Source: an uncultured delta proteobacterium (lineage in GTDB: Bacteria; Desulfobacterota; Binatia; UBA9968). Taken from it: DNA of 64,000 nt. A program made the position numbers and the translations under genes. This document shows, piece after piece, positions 28,114-38,426 of this stretch. The stretch covers positions 384,001 through 448,000 of the forward strand of contig CAVTUQ010000002.1 of NCBI GenBank assembly GCA_963737905.1, given 5' to 3'. Within the stretch, counting starts at the first letter, position 1. Every line of letters begins with the position of its first letter. The notes beneath the pieces were generated by a model. That model searched no databases and was not told the DNA's origin. It saw only the letters and a program-made list of their open reading frames with translations.

Positions 28114-29133
28114 ATGATCAGTGACGTGTCAAGCGGCTGGGGGGACCTCGGGCTTTTCTCCCTTTTCCGTAGTCCATTTCTCCTTCCGTCCCTACTGCTG
28201 CATGCGATGCTTTTTCTTCTAGTCTTGCGTGCCGCCACCTTTTCAATCGCGCGACAGGAGGCTCCAATCTCAGTTCAATTGCTGGAAGTAAGCGGCGGCG
28301 GTTCGGACACCAAGAGCATCGGCCCGGCTAAGGGCCCCGGCGGGCCACGCGCGCTTCCCAAGTTAGGTACCCCTACGCCTCCCGTAGAGCGCACAGGCAA
28401 GCTCGATACTGGATCTCTGGAAAGCTCGGTTCCAAGTAAAAGTGTCGAACCTGAACCGGCGCCGAATCCGGTCGTCCTCCCGGGTCCCAAGGTCTTGGCG
28501 ACAGACACAAAGCATGAAGCTGTCAATGCGAAAGAGACATCGCCCGACTCGCTGGTTCGATTGCCGACTAAGGAATCGCCCACAAATCTGCCATCCACCG
28601 CTGCCGGTGATCTAGCGATCAACCAAAAAAATCTCGCGGCGCTCAAAGGAGCCGGGGACACACCTGGGATCAAGGCGCTGAAAGAAGGCGCGCAGGTTCC
28701 AGGCGCACTCAAGGGCACGGGCAGTGGTACCGGACCCTACGGAGTCCCAGGGGGAAGCCCAAGTGGAACAGGTCTCGCCGGAGGGGGAACCGGTACAGGC
28801 ACCGGCGGGGGCAGCAACACGGGTCTTAAGGGAATTCCGAACTCAGACTACAGTCAATATCTAAACCAGCTTAAAAAGCGGGTGGAATCGGTATGGAAGT
28901 ATCCCGAGGAAGTTACGGGAGTTCAGAAAGTCACCGTTCGATTTACCCTCGACCGAGCCGGAAAACTCACTCAAGCTGTCGTATTGGAGTCGTCGGATTC
29001 CAGGTTGAATGCCAGTGCTGTGGAAGCAATGAAACGGGCTTCCCCTTTCCCTCCGATTCCTGAAAGTTTAAAAGATCTCGCCAATGAACCTCTGATCATG
29101 CGATTCGAGGTTTCCAACCGAGTCCGGGGATAA
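28114..29133 (+). CDS. TonB/TolA-family energy transducer
   Basis: TM helix with SLLLH (SxxxH) motif, Pro/Gly-rich linker, and C-terminal YLNQLKKRVESVWKYP...VRFTLDRAG...ASPFPPIP domain. Confidence 0.88.
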   Translation: MISDVSSGWGDLGLFSLFRSPFLLPSLLLHAMLFLLVLRAATFSIARQEAPISVQLLEVSGGGSDTKSIGPAKGPGGPRALPKLGTPTPPVERTGKLDTGSLESSVPSKSVEPEPAPNPVVLPGPKVLATDTKHEAVNAKETSPDSLVRLPTKESPTNLPSTAAGDLAINQKNLAALKGAGDTPGIKALKEGAQVPGALKGTGSGTGPYGVPGGSPSGTGLAGGGTGTGTGGGSNTGLKGIPNSDYSQYLNQLKKRVESVWKYPEEVTGVQKVTVRFTLDRAGKLTQAVVLESSDSRLNASAVEAMKRASPFPPIPESLKDLANEPLIMRFEVSNRVRG

Positions 29134-29226
29134 GTGATCGGCTTTCTCGGGCTCTCGCCAGCAAGACTTTCATTGAATTAATTTTCGTTTCAGGTAATCT
29201 TCAGGGGATTCTGGAAGGACTCGATC

Positions 29227-29853
29227 ATGCAGCAACAGGGTTTGGATCTTATCGACATCATTCACAAAGGCGCCATCGCCACTTATCCGCTTATTTTGTT
29301 GTCGATAATCAGCGTCACGGTGGTTTTGGAACGCCTCTGGTCTCTTAAGAACATCGGCTCCATCACCCTGCGCATCACGGAATCTCTCCTCGAACCCATC
29401 AAGAAGGGACAACGAGATTTGGCGATTGCCATCTGCAAGCAGAACTCCCACAGTCCGGCTGGCCGGATTTTCTTGAATGTGCTGGAAAGGGAAGGAAGCC
29501 AAGGGTTCGACACAGCGAGCACGTTTGCTAGCGAGGCGATGTTCGAGGAGACACAGAAACTCAAGAAACATCTTTGGATTCTTGGGACGGTTGCCAGTAG
29601 TGCGCCATTCATAGGGCTGTTGGGCACGGTCGTCGGTATTATCAAGGCCTTCGAGAATATGGCGGTGGCTGGCACCGGAGGATTTGCCGTGGTCGCGGCC
29701 GGTATTTCTGAAGCCTTGGTGGCCACCGCTTTGGGGTTGGCGGTCGCTATCATCGCGGTTATCTTCTACAATTATTTTCAAACCCGGATCGCGACCCTGA
29801 ACGGTCTATTCCGCATTCAAATTGCAAAGATTCTCCAGCATATGAGCGCGTGA
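29227..29853 (+). CDS. exbB: MotA/TolQ/ExbB proton channel protein
   Basis: LGTVASSAPFIGLLGTVVGII and GISEALVATALGL. Confidence 0.9.
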   Translation: MQQQGLDLIDIIHKGAIATYPLILLSIISVTVVLERLWSLKNIGSITLRITESLLEPIKKGQRDLAIAICKQNSHSPAGRIFLNVLEREGSQGFDTASTFASEAMFEETQKLKKHLWILGTVASSAPFIGLLGTVVGIIKAFENMAVAGTGGFAVVAAGISEALVATALGLAVAIIAVIFYNYFQTRIATLNGLFRIQIAKILQHMSA

Positions 29854-29854
29854 G

Positions 29855-30289
29855 GTGGATTTTATGGCGATGACTCCTCTGGGTGGCAACGAAAACGGTT
29901 CCGAGATTATGGCGGAAATTAATATCACGCCGTTAACCGACATCTTCCTCGTCCTATTGATCATTTTCATGATTACCAGTTCAGCGATGATCGAATCCGG
30001 GGGCAAGGTCAACTTGCCCAAAGCCGTAGCCACACAATCCGAATCGCGTGGAACCACAGTCACCTTGACCCCCAAGCGTGAAATTTATGTGAATCAGAAA
30101 AAGGTTACCGAGGAAAGCTTAGAAGCCACTTTGAAAGCAGCGCTGAGTACAAGCCCTGACAAAACCGTGATCCTGAGGGGTGACCGGGATGTCCTTTTGG
30201 GAGAAACCGTAAAAGTGATGTCCATTGTCAAGAGAGCGGGGGCTTCTGAGATCGCCATCGCCGCCGAAGCGGACCGAGGGAAGCGCTAG
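29855..30289 (+). CDS. exbD: ExbD/TolR family protein
   Basis: EINITPLTDIFLVLLIIFMIT with the conserved Asp, VNLPKA and VILRGD. Confidence 0.9.
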   Translation: MDFMAMTPLGGNENGSEIMAEINITPLTDIFLVLLIIFMITSSAMIESGGKVNLPKAVATQSESRGTTVTLTPKREIYVNQKKVTEESLEATLKAALSTSPDKTVILRGDRDVLLGETVKVMSIVKRAGASEIAIAAEADRGKR

Positions 30290-30296
30290 CGTCCTT

Positions 30297-31562
30297 TTAC
30301 CGTGGTGCTCCCTCCGTAGAAGGCGGGGGCCGCTGAGACCGCCCCAGGCTATCCTCCCTATCTCTCTCAGCCTCTTTTTGAATTTCAGTGGGACTTTTCC
30401 CCAAGCGCTCAACTTCCAGCTTGAGATTTTTCTCCCTTTCTAAAAAGACCTCCAAATCAAGGGACCGCTGGTTGCTAGGCTGATAATAGATGGACACTGA
30501 ATCACGCTTGGTAGAACCATCACTCGCGCGCGCGAAAACATCGATTTGGTTGCGTCCCTCCGCTACCGGAACCGCGGAAGAGAAGAAACCGTCCGCTGCC
30601 AAACGAAGTTGTGTCGCCTTCTGTCCGGTGGTTTGGTTAACGACCTGAACGTAGTCCACGCCAACGAGCGAGATATTCTCAACCACGGCCAGAACATCTG
30701 CGGGTCGCGATACCGGGGTGTAGGTGCCGCCGCTCTCTTTAGCGATACCCACGGCTGCGCGCGGATACGACAGCGCCTCTTCGCCCAGCGCAAAAACGTG
30801 CACCTTTATTCCCGCTTTACCGGCGAGGCGCGCCGCGTTGATCGCGAAATTCGTATCTTCCGGCGCCGCTCTTCTTCCTCCGCCGATGGGCATGGTGGGA
30901 AAACCATCGGTCAAAAGAAACTCGACTTTAATGGTGTCGGTTTTCTTTTCGCTTTTCCCTAATCCCATAAGCTCGGTGATTGCCGCGCGAATGCCCTCGG
31001 CCATATTCGTCCCACCATAGGGGCCGGCTCTCAAGATATCGTCGAGAACGCGTCGAACGTGCTCGAAATCGTGGGTTAAGGGCTGAAGCACTTGCGCTCC
31101 TTCACCGAACGTCACGACACCAATCCGCGTGGTCTCCGAGTTGAGCTGAAGGAGAAGCCGGCGAGAAGCCGCAACTTCAGCGGCAAGAATGGAGTTCCGC
31201 AAATTTCTCATTGGGGGCTGGCCAATTCCAAAGCCACCGATGGCGATCTGGGGTCTGCCGAAACCAAAGGAACCGGAATTATCAGGCAGCGGCCCCAGAT
31301 CTCCGAAATCAGCCCCGGCGTATTGCGACGTGCTGCCCGAGATGTCGATAACAAAGACAATATCCACATTCGGGGACCGGCCCAAATCCGTGGCAACCTT
31401 ACCGCTGAGCAATACCAAATTTTGCTCCTGGGTAAGGCGCGAACCATCTTTCGGAGAAAGAATTTGGACTCTGGGATCGGCCGCCCAGACGTCAGTGGAA
31501 CAGAATAGGAACACGAGCCAAAAGAACCACAGCTCTCGGAACCGGAATGGAAATTGATGCAT
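30297..31562 (-). CDS. Secreted von Willebrand factor A domain protein with Ig-like flanks
   Basis: Signal peptide ending VWA-AD, MIDAS motif DISGS, GGTN and LLTDG. VQILSPKDG and GRNQIDVFARASDG look Ig-like. Purine-rich RBS before the ATG at 31562. Confidence 0.85.
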   Translation of the reverse strand: MHQFPFRFRELWFFWLVFLFCSTDVWAADPRVQILSPKDGSRLTQEQNLVLLSGKVATDLGRSPNVDIVFVIDISGSTSQYAGADFGDLGPLPDNSGSFGFGRPQIAIGGFGIGQPPMRNLRNSILAAEVAASRRLLLQLNSETTRIGVVTFGEGAQVLQPLTHDFEHVRRVLDDILRAGPYGGTNMAEGIRAAITELMGLGKSEKKTDTIKVEFLLTDGFPTMPIGGGRRAAPEDTNFAINAARLAGKAGIKVHVFALGEEALSYPRAAVGIAKESGGTYTPVSRPADVLAVVENISLVGVDYVQVVNQTTGQKATQLRLAADGFFSSAVPVAEGRNQIDVFARASDGSTKRDSVSIYYQPSNQRSLDLEVFLEREKNLKLEVERLGKSPTEIQKEAERDREDSLGRSQRPPPSTEGAPR

Positions 31563-31682
31563 CGTCTCCCCCTTCCGAGCGACTAAAACGCTAACACGAA
31601 TAAGCAGCACTGTAAATAAACCTCGGCCTTGGAGGGTATTGACAATTACCACTGCGGACCCGGCCATGGTATACTTCCACCG

Positions 31683-32420
31683 ATGTCTAACGGGTTAAAG
31701 TTCTTACTACTCTTTCTCCTTCTTTATTGCTGGATTGGTCCGGCTTCGGCGGATTACACCCTCGTCTTGAAAAATGGGCGGCGAATTACCGTTCAGAACT
31801 ATCGTGAAGAAGGCCGGATGATCAGATTCTACCGCTTCGGCGGCGAAATCGGCATCAGCAAAGACCAGCTTCAGTCCATTCAAAAGGCCGACCCAGGCGA
31901 TCCCGCCTTGCAACAGACCCAATTCCAAGAGACGGCAGCGGCCCCGCAGTCAGCCGAAAGGTCGCTCACTCCTGAGGAGCAGAAAGCCAAAGAGGAAAAA
32001 GAATATCAGCAGAAGCTTCTCGACATCACCGGTCAGCTAAAAGAGGTCAGAGATCGCTATTCCGAGTTGCTTCGCGGAACAACAAGTCCGGAGCCAAGCC
32101 AGCTAGTTACGGAGGAACAGATCAAGGCGAGCCAGGCGGATGTCATCTCGCGCTTTCGGGATGCGAACTCCAAACCCAGCGAACCCGCACCGGTGAGGTT
32201 ACTGACGCCGTCGCCTTTTAGCAGCCTTCCCCCGACGATAGTCGAGGAACAACCTTCCGCTCGGGCGCCGATCACCTACGAAAACTTACCCTATAACGAA
32301 ACCCAGAAAGAGTTTAGCGAGCTGCGCCAGCAAGCGAATGAGCTTGAAAAAGACAGAGAAAAACTAATCAACGAAATGCGGCAGAAGAATATGAGCGTAG
32401 GCTCGCTATTTCTAGAATGA
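31683..32420 (+). CDS. Secreted hypothetical protein (N-terminal LKNG small beta domain, coiled coils)
   Basis: Signal peptide MSNGLKFLLL...ASA and ADYTLVLKNGRRI; divergent from the VWA gene. Confidence 0.7.
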   Translation: MSNGLKFLLLFLLLYCWIGPASADYTLVLKNGRRITVQNYREEGRMIRFYRFGGEIGISKDQLQSIQKADPGDPALQQTQFQETAAAPQSAERSLTPEEQKAKEEKEYQQKLLDITGQLKEVRDRYSELLRGTTSPEPSQLVTEEQIKASQADVISRFRDANSKPSEPAPVRLLTPSPFSSLPPTIVEEQPSARAPITYENLPYNETQKEFSELRQQANELEKDREKLINEMRQKNMSVGSLFLE

Positions 32421-32430
32421 CATTCGCTCG

Positions 32431-32871
32431 TCAGAGCTGTTCCACGGCGGCTCTCAAGCCAAGCAAGTAACTCTGCGCCCCGAATCCGGCAATCTGTCCC
32501 ACCGCGGCTCCCGCGATATAAGAATGCTTCCGGAATTCCTCCCGTTTGTAGATGTTGGAAATATGCACCTCGACGGCGGGAATACCCGTGCCCGTTATAG
32601 CATCTCTAATAGCCACACTGGAGTGGGTATACGCTGCCGGATTGATAACGATGGCGCCGAACTGCCCGGGCGCCTCTTGAATCCAATTCACCAACTCTCC
32701 CTCGCTGTTGGACTGTCGAATATCGATTTCCACTCCCAGCTCCTTGGCCAGAGACCGGATTTTCTTGTTAATCTGATCCAATGTGAGCCGGCCGTAGATT
32801 TCTGGTTGGCGCTTGCCCAATAGGTTCAGGTTGGGGCCGTTGAGAACTAGAATTTTTTTCTTTTTTGGCAT
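32431..32871 (-). CDS. aroQ: Type II 3-dehydroquinate dehydratase
   Basis: [28 protein letters not shown] and EVHISN. Confidence 0.97.
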   Translation of the reverse strand: MPKKKKILVLNGPNLNLLGKRQPEIYGRLTLDQINKKIRSLAKELGVEIDIRQSNSEGELVNWIQEAPGQFGAIVINPAAYTHSSVAIRDAITGTGIPAVEVHISNIYKREEFRKHSYIAGAAVGQIAGFGAQSYLLGLRAAVEQL

Positions 32872-32909
32872 GAGTATTTCGTAGCGCCGCCCCGGACCTG
32901 AGGCAGCCC

Positions 32910-33986
32910 TTAAGCGCCCAGCGCCCCGAGAATCTCACTGGGTGACAGCGCATGAAAACGTGTCTGACCGATCCCTCTGCACATGACGAACTTGATCTTT
33001 CCGCCGGCTGATTTTTTGTCCACTTCCATGCCTTGAATCAAGTTTTGCATCGATACTTCACGGGGGATCTCCAGGGGCAAGCCCGCTTTTTTGATGAGCT
33101 TGCGAATTCGCTCGAGGCTCCGTTGATCACAAAAGCCTTGCTGTGCTGAAATCGCTGCCGCTTGAGCCATTCCGATTCCCACGGCTTCGCCGTGCAGGTA
33201 TTTCTGATAATGGGTCGCGGCTTCCAGAGCGTGGCCAATCGTGTGACCAAAATTGAGCACCGCGCGAACGTCATCTTCGCGCTCATCTTGCTCCACGACC
33301 TTCGCCTTGATAGCGCACGCGGTCGCGATGACTTGCGTCAAAAGCGGACGATCCAGGCTCGTGAGCTTCCCCATATTTTCTTCCAGCAGTTTGAATAGAG
33401 CGGGATCTTGGATGACGCCGTATTTGATCACTTCGGCCAAGCCGGCAATGAATTCGCGCCGTGGCAGCGATCGAAGGACGGCCACATCGATGAGCACCAA
33501 GCGTGGCTGGTAGAAAGCCCCGATGAGATTTTTTCCGTCCTGATGGTTCACCCCGGTCTTCCCGCCGACGCTGGAGTCGACTTGCGCAAGCAGAGTGGTC
33601 GGCACCTGCACATACGCTATACCTCGCAGAAAAGTTGCCGCGGCAAACCCGGCTAGATCACCGACAACTCCGCCCCCGAGCGCCAAGACGCAAGATTGGC
33701 GCTCAAACCGGTCCGCGATCAACCGGTCATAGATGACAGAGAGCGACCGAAAATCTTTGTGCTGCTCCCCGTCGGGAATGAGCACGGGCGTCACTTCGAA
33801 TCCAGCACCGTTCAAAGATTCATGGACCGGATCAAGATAGAGCTGCGCCACGGTGGGATTCGTGACGACCGCTACCTTTCCCCGCAGCCCCGCGCGCGGA
33901 AGCAAATCGCCCACCGAAGACAGAATCTCGTCACCGACGTAAATGGGATAAGAGCGGTCTCCGAGATTGACGGTTAGAGTTTGCAT
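32910..33986 (-). CDS. aroB: 3-dehydroquinate synthase
   Basis: [28 protein letters not shown] and [12 protein letters not shown]. Confidence 0.97.
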   Translation of the reverse strand: MQTLTVNLGDRSYPIYVGDEILSSVGDLLPRAGLRGKVAVVTNPTVAQLYLDPVHESLNGAGFEVTPVLIPDGEQHKDFRSLSVIYDRLIADRFERQSCVLALGGGVVGDLAGFAAATFLRGIAYVQVPTTLLAQVDSSVGGKTGVNHQDGKNLIGAFYQPRLVLIDVAVLRSLPRREFIAGLAEVIKYGVIQDPALFKLLEENMGKLTSLDRPLLTQVIATACAIKAKVVEQDEREDDVRAVLNFGHTIGHALEAATHYQKYLHGEAVGIGMAQAAAISAQQGFCDQRSLERIRKLIKKAGLPLEIPREVSMQNLIQGMEVDKKSAGGKIKFVMCRGIGQTRFHALSPSEILGALGA

Positions 33987-34516
33987 GAAATCGATTCCCG
34001 GTCTTCCATCGCCCCGATGATTTTCTCCACGACTTGCTCCACGGTCATATCGCCTGTGTCTACGGAAACGTGAGCCTGTGCATAGTGTGTTTCGCGCTGC
34101 GCCAGCAGTTCCCGAATTCGCTGCGCCCGGTCATTACCCTCGAGCAACGGGCGTCGCCTGCTTTTCCCTGCTCGGCGCAAAAGCACCTCCGGTGCCGCCC
34201 TCAGGCAAACCAGCAAGCTCTTTTGTCGGAGCAGTCGAAGATTCTCTTCATCCATCACGACGCCGCCGCCGGTTGCAATCACCTGCTCGCCTTGAGATAG
34301 AACCTCCGCTAGCGCCTGCTTTTCCGCTCGGCGAAAATAGCTCTCCCCTTTCCGGCTGAAGATATCTCTAACCTTCATCCCTTCACTCTTCTCGATGACT
34401 TTGTCGAGATCCACAAAGCGGCGGTCAAGTTTGCGGGCCAGAGTTCGACCCACTGCGCTTTTTCCAACCGCCATAAAGCCCGTCAGGGCGATATTTCGTA
34501 CAGAGCTTTCTGCCAA
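33974..34516 (-). CDS. aroK: Shikimate kinase
   Basis: GFMAVGKS, GESYFR, ATGGG and RPLL. Confidence 0.95.
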   Translation of the reverse strand: MAESSVRNIALTGFMAVGKSAVGRTLARKLDRRFVDLDKVIEKSEGMKVRDIFSRKGESYFRRAEKQALAEVLSQGEQVIATGGGVVMDEENLRLLRQKSLLVCLRAAPEVLLRRAGKSRRRPLLEGNDRAQRIRELLAQRETHYAQAHVSVDTGDMTVEQVVEKIIGAMEDRESISCKL

Positions 34517-34519
34517 GAG

Positions 34520-35716
34520 CTAGAAATTTTTGATCTGTTCCAGATAATTTTCGTAGTTGCGCTTGATTTCTCGGAGCGAGTCTCCGCCAAACTTTTCCAG
34601 AAAGGCATTGGCCAGCTCGAAGGCAACTACGGATTCGCCGACAACGGCAGCGGCCGGGGCGGCGCAGACATCGGACCGCTCCACTGAAGCATCCGTCTGC
34701 TGCTTGGATCGGAGATCGACGGATTGCAACGGACTCATGAGCGTCGAGATCGGCTTCATGGCGACACGGGCAACCAAGGGCGCGCCGTTGGTCATCCCTC
34801 CTTCAGTTCCGCCGGAATTGTTGCTGCCCCGATAGAAGCCCGTCGGCACGATCCTGGGTGTCCCCTCTGACACCATCTTATTCGGATCGAAGAAGATTTC
34901 ATCATGGACCTGGGAGCCCCGCCGCCGCGCCATCTCGAAGCCGAGCCCAATCTCGACTCCTTTGATCGCCTGAACGCTCATCAGAGCTTGCGCCAAACGC
35001 CCGTCCAGCTTTCGGTCCCACTGTGTATGAGTACCCAGCCCCGGCGGCAGACCCAACGCCACAACCTCAAAGATGCCCCCAAGCGTGTTACCTTCTTTCT
35101 TGCATTCTTCGATTAACGCGATCATTTGGTCTTCCGCCTCTTTGTCGGCCGTCCGCACCGGTGATTCGTCAGCGCGGGCGTAGATCTCCTCGTAAGTCAA
35201 TCCGTCCAAGTGGGCCGCCACGTTGCCGATGGAGCGAATATAACCCATGACCCGGACGCCGAAGGGCGAAAGCAGTTGTTTGCTGAAAGAACCCACCGCG
35301 GTACGCGAGACCGTGTCCCGTGCACTCGCCCGTTCTAAGATGTCGCGAATATCAGAACGGTCGTATTTAAGAACCCCTGTAAGATCCGCATGTCCTGGGC
35401 GTGGTTTAGTGACCGCAATTCTCTCGTCTCGGTCTTCAGAGGCCGCCGACATTTTTTTGGTCCAGTTTTTCCAGTCCCGGTTCTCAATGCCAAGGGCGAT
35501 GGGCGATCCCAGCGTTTCACCCCAACGAATTCCCGAGCGGATCTGGACTTCATCCTTCTCAATGAGCATCCTACCGCCGCGACCATAGCCTTGCTGGCGG
35601 CGCCAAAGATCGTGGTTGATTCGACCTACGTCGATAGGAAATCCCGCCGGCACCCCATCAATGACCATGGTCAGACAGGGCCCGTGGGATTCACCCGCAG
35701 TAACATAGCGCAACAT
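34520..35716 (-). CDS. aroC: Chorismate synthase
   Basis: TAGESHG, RRQQGYGRGGRM, PRPGHADL, ERASAR and MKPISTL. Confidence 0.97.
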   Translation of the reverse strand: MLRYVTAGESHGPCLTMVIDGVPAGFPIDVGRINHDLWRRQQGYGRGGRMLIEKDEVQIRSGIRWGETLGSPIALGIENRDWKNWTKKMSAASEDRDERIAVTKPRPGHADLTGVLKYDRSDIRDILERASARDTVSRTAVGSFSKQLLSPFGVRVMGYIRSIGNVAAHLDGLTYEEIYARADESPVRTADKEAEDQMIALIEECKKEGNTLGGIFEVVALGLPPGLGTHTQWDRKLDGRLAQALMSVQAIKGVEIGLGFEMARRRGSQVHDEIFFDPNKMVSEGTPRIVPTGFYRGSNNSGGTEGGMTNGAPLVARVAMKPISTLMSPLQSVDLRSKQQTDASVERSDVCAAPAAAVVGESVVAFELANAFLEKFGGDSLREIKRNYENYLEQIKNF

Positions 35717-35748
35717 GCGGGTATCCTACTCTATTCTTTTTTGCCAGG

Positions 35749-37803
35749 CTAGGGGGTTGGCGCGCGGAAAAGCACCTGACCGCCTTCCGTCTGCTTCATT
35801 TGCTCGCGCCAGAGCTGTTCGGCAGCGGGAAGATTCTCTGATCCGGCAGAAGTGAGGCGGGGAGTAATAAAAACCATCAGTTCTTCGAAATCTTTCTGCA
35901 CACGTTGGTTCTTGAATAACCAGCCGAGCACCGGGACATCTTTCAGGTAGGGCACACCGCTCTCCGAGTCCTGGCTCGTGTCTTTCAAGATACCGCCGAG
36001 TACAATCGTCTCCCCATCCTTGACGAGCACGTTCGCTACGGCTTCACGGTTGAGCTCATCGGGAATAACCGAACCCTGTGACTGTGCCCCTAGAGTGCTG
36101 GACTTGACATTAATATTCATGAGCACGTAACCGTCGCTAGAGACCTGAGGGGTAACGGTGAGGATAATTCCGACCGGAACCTTTTCTGTTGCTACTGCTG
36201 AACCTGCGGCCGAAGAACCGGTTCCGGTGGCAATGTTGGTGGAGGCGGGAAGCAAGATACGTAGGATCCGTTCACTCCGGATCGTGGAAGCGACATTGTT
36301 CAACGTGACCACGGAAGGTCGAGACATGATTCGTATATTGCCTTCCCTCTCTGCCGCCTCCAATGTACTGGCTAGATCTCGTATTCCCCCGACCGCGTTC
36401 TGAATAACACCAACGCTACCGCCCAACCCGATGGGAGCGTTCGGGAATAGCGGTGTAAACGCAGTGTAGGGCTCCGGTGCCCCGGCTGCACTGCTGATGG
36501 TTGTTCCCCCAGGGGTGCTCAACCGGAACCGGAGACCCAAGGCTCGCGCGAAGGTCGGCGTCGTTTCGATCAGATTCGACTCGATCAAGACTTGCGGCGT
36601 ACGGGTATCAAGCTTTGCTATCAGAGCGCTGACGTCATCAACGGACTGTTTAATATCGCGAACCATCATCGTGTTGCTTCGCTCGTCGATAACCAAGGCG
36701 GCATCCGGGCGCTTCGTTAACAGCGTCTTTACTTTGGACTCTAAATCTTTGACCCTGGCGTAATTGATGTTGAAGTACGCGGTTTGCAGAGGCTCTGCAT
36801 CTTCCCTGGCTCTCTCAGTTTTCTTTTGCTGCACTCTGTCCGCTTCCAACCGTGCCGTTGTCGAGATTCGGATCACGCTTCCCACTTCGTCCTTACCCAA
36901 GCCATTGGTAGTGATGATCAGATCCATCGCCTGATCCCAGGGCACTTCGACAAGCCGTAATGTCACCTTCCTGTTAACATCATCGGTGACCACGATGTTC
37001 TTTCCGCTCACTTCCGCCAGCAGCCGGAAAACGTTTTTGATATCTGCGTCTTTAAAGTCGAGGGATAATCTTTGTCCGCTGTATTTTTTCCCGCCAGCGG
37101 GCGGCTCTTCCCTAGAGGCGACCTGTCCTGCCTCCATGGAAACAGCGCCACGGGCCGCGGTCTTATCCTCTATTTTTCTTCCACCTCTGACCAAGTCAAA
37201 GACTTTTTTGTCGCTCGCCTTAGGATCTGAAAAGCCGAAGACGACTTTGATGCCTCCCTCCTCGGGCGTAATCACGTAAGCAGGCACGGTAGACGTGGGC
37301 ACCTCTAGAGTCATGCGCAGGTAGCCTTCACCCGGGCTAAAGCTTACCGTGCTCACTGCAGGGGTGCCGACGCGGAACGTTTCCCCAGTCGCTTGTCGCG
37401 TCGACTCGCCAAACATGTCCACCACGACTCGCGCCGGCTGAGCCAGTGGAAAATGGCGATATTGAGAAATAGGTTGAGTGAGTTTTAGCTGGACAATCGT
37501 TTGTCCCGATTCTTCGCGCACCGACAGATCCTGCACCCGAAGTGTCGGTGTTTGCGGCACATCTTGCCTTGTTGAAGAAAGCCCCTGTCCCTCTTTTTGC
37601 TCCGGCCGCCCTTGGATAGACTCGGCACCTTCCACGACCCCCGTCGTGCTCTTTTGCTCATTGACTGTTGCTGTACAACCGGCGAATCCAAGACCGAACC
37701 CGGTTAAAAGGCAACCGACGGAACACCAATACCGAGGTGTGATCCTGCCGAATTTAACGCTCATTGCCATCGCTGCTCCGCTCCTCTTCAACTTCTTCTT
37801 CAT
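35749..37803 (-). CDS. pilQ: Type IV pilus secretin
   Basis: AMIN-like domain, YSGQRLSLDFKDADI, VPWDQA, QVLIE and GVPYLKDVPVLGWLFK...ELMVFITP. Confidence 0.93.
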   Translation of the reverse strand: MKKKLKRSGAAMAMSVKFGRITPRYWCSVGCLLTGFGLGFAGCTATVNEQKSTTGVVEGAESIQGRPEQKEGQGLSSTRQDVPQTPTLRVQDLSVREESGQTIVQLKLTQPISQYRHFPLAQPARVVVDMFGESTRQATGETFRVGTPAVSTVSFSPGEGYLRMTLEVPTSTVPAYVITPEEGGIKVVFGFSDPKASDKKVFDLVRGGRKIEDKTAARGAVSMEAGQVASREEPPAGGKKYSGQRLSLDFKDADIKNVFRLLAEVSGKNIVVTDDVNRKVTLRLVEVPWDQAMDLIITTNGLGKDEVGSVIRISTTARLEADRVQQKKTERAREDAEPLQTAYFNINYARVKDLESKVKTLLTKRPDAALVIDERSNTMMVRDIKQSVDDVSALIAKLDTRTPQVLIESNLIETTPTFARALGLRFRLSTPGGTTISSAAGAPEPYTAFTPLFPNAPIGLGGSVGVIQNAVGGIRDLASTLEAAEREGNIRIMSRPSVVTLNNVASTIRSERILRILLPASTNIATGTGSSAAGSAVATEKVPVGIILTVTPQVSSDGYVLMNINVKSSTLGAQSQGSVIPDELNREAVANVLVKDGETIVLGGILKDTSQDSESGVPYLKDVPVLGWLFKNQRVQKDFEELMVFITPRLTSAGSENLPAAEQLWREQMKQTEGGQVLFRAPTP

Positions 37804-38420
37804 TCCGCCTTCTCCACGGATAACTTGATATTGACCTCGCGCTTTTTCTTCGCCCCGAATAGATCAACGTAGGTTTCCTCAATGATGATTTCATTCGGTT
37901 TGATCGATTTGACCTTGCCATCGTTTGCTCCGATCGGGGTGCCCAGCTTGACAATATAACCAAGCCCCACTGAGTCCTCGACCATCGCGCTGGGTTCTTT
38001 GACATGCCAGACAACGCCCACTAATCTCAGTTGCCCTAAGTCATACCGCTCCAATGGCGAAAGGTTTTCCCGGGGACGATTATGAGCCCGCGTGTTCAAC
38101 GTAAAAGGTCGAAAGGGGTCGCGTTTTCCTACCGTTGAAAAGTTCGCTGAAGACTGCGGATCAGACTTTTGTTCAGTGGGCGCTGCGCCGTCTGCGTTTA
38201 CCTTCGTAGACTTGGTTTCTGCAACTGCGTCCTGAAGCCTAGCCTTTGCTGCATTACTCAAGTCCTGCAAGGTCTTGCCGACGACACTTGGAGTTCGGAG
38301 CAACGTATCGACGGCCTCCTTGGTTTTCTGCGCAGGCGTCCCGGGCTCCTCTTGGGCACCGACGAACCCCGGCGCGAAAAGTAAACCTATACAAACAATT
38401 TTTTTTACCCAGACAAACAT
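37800..38420 (-). CDS. pilP: Type IV pilus assembly protein PilP
   Basis: GKRDPFRPF, PLERYDLGQLRLVGVV and GYIVKLGTPIG. Confidence 0.9.
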   Translation of the reverse strand: MFVWVKKIVCIGLLFAPGFVGAQEEPGTPAQKTKEAVDTLLRTPSVVGKTLQDLSNAAKARLQDAVAETKSTKVNADGAAPTEQKSDPQSSANFSTVGKRDPFRPFTLNTRAHNRPRENLSPLERYDLGQLRLVGVVWHVKEPSAMVEDSVGLGYIVKLGTPIGANDGKVKSIKPNEIIIEETYVDLFGAKKKREVNIKLSVEKAE

Positions 38421-38426
38421 GTCAAG

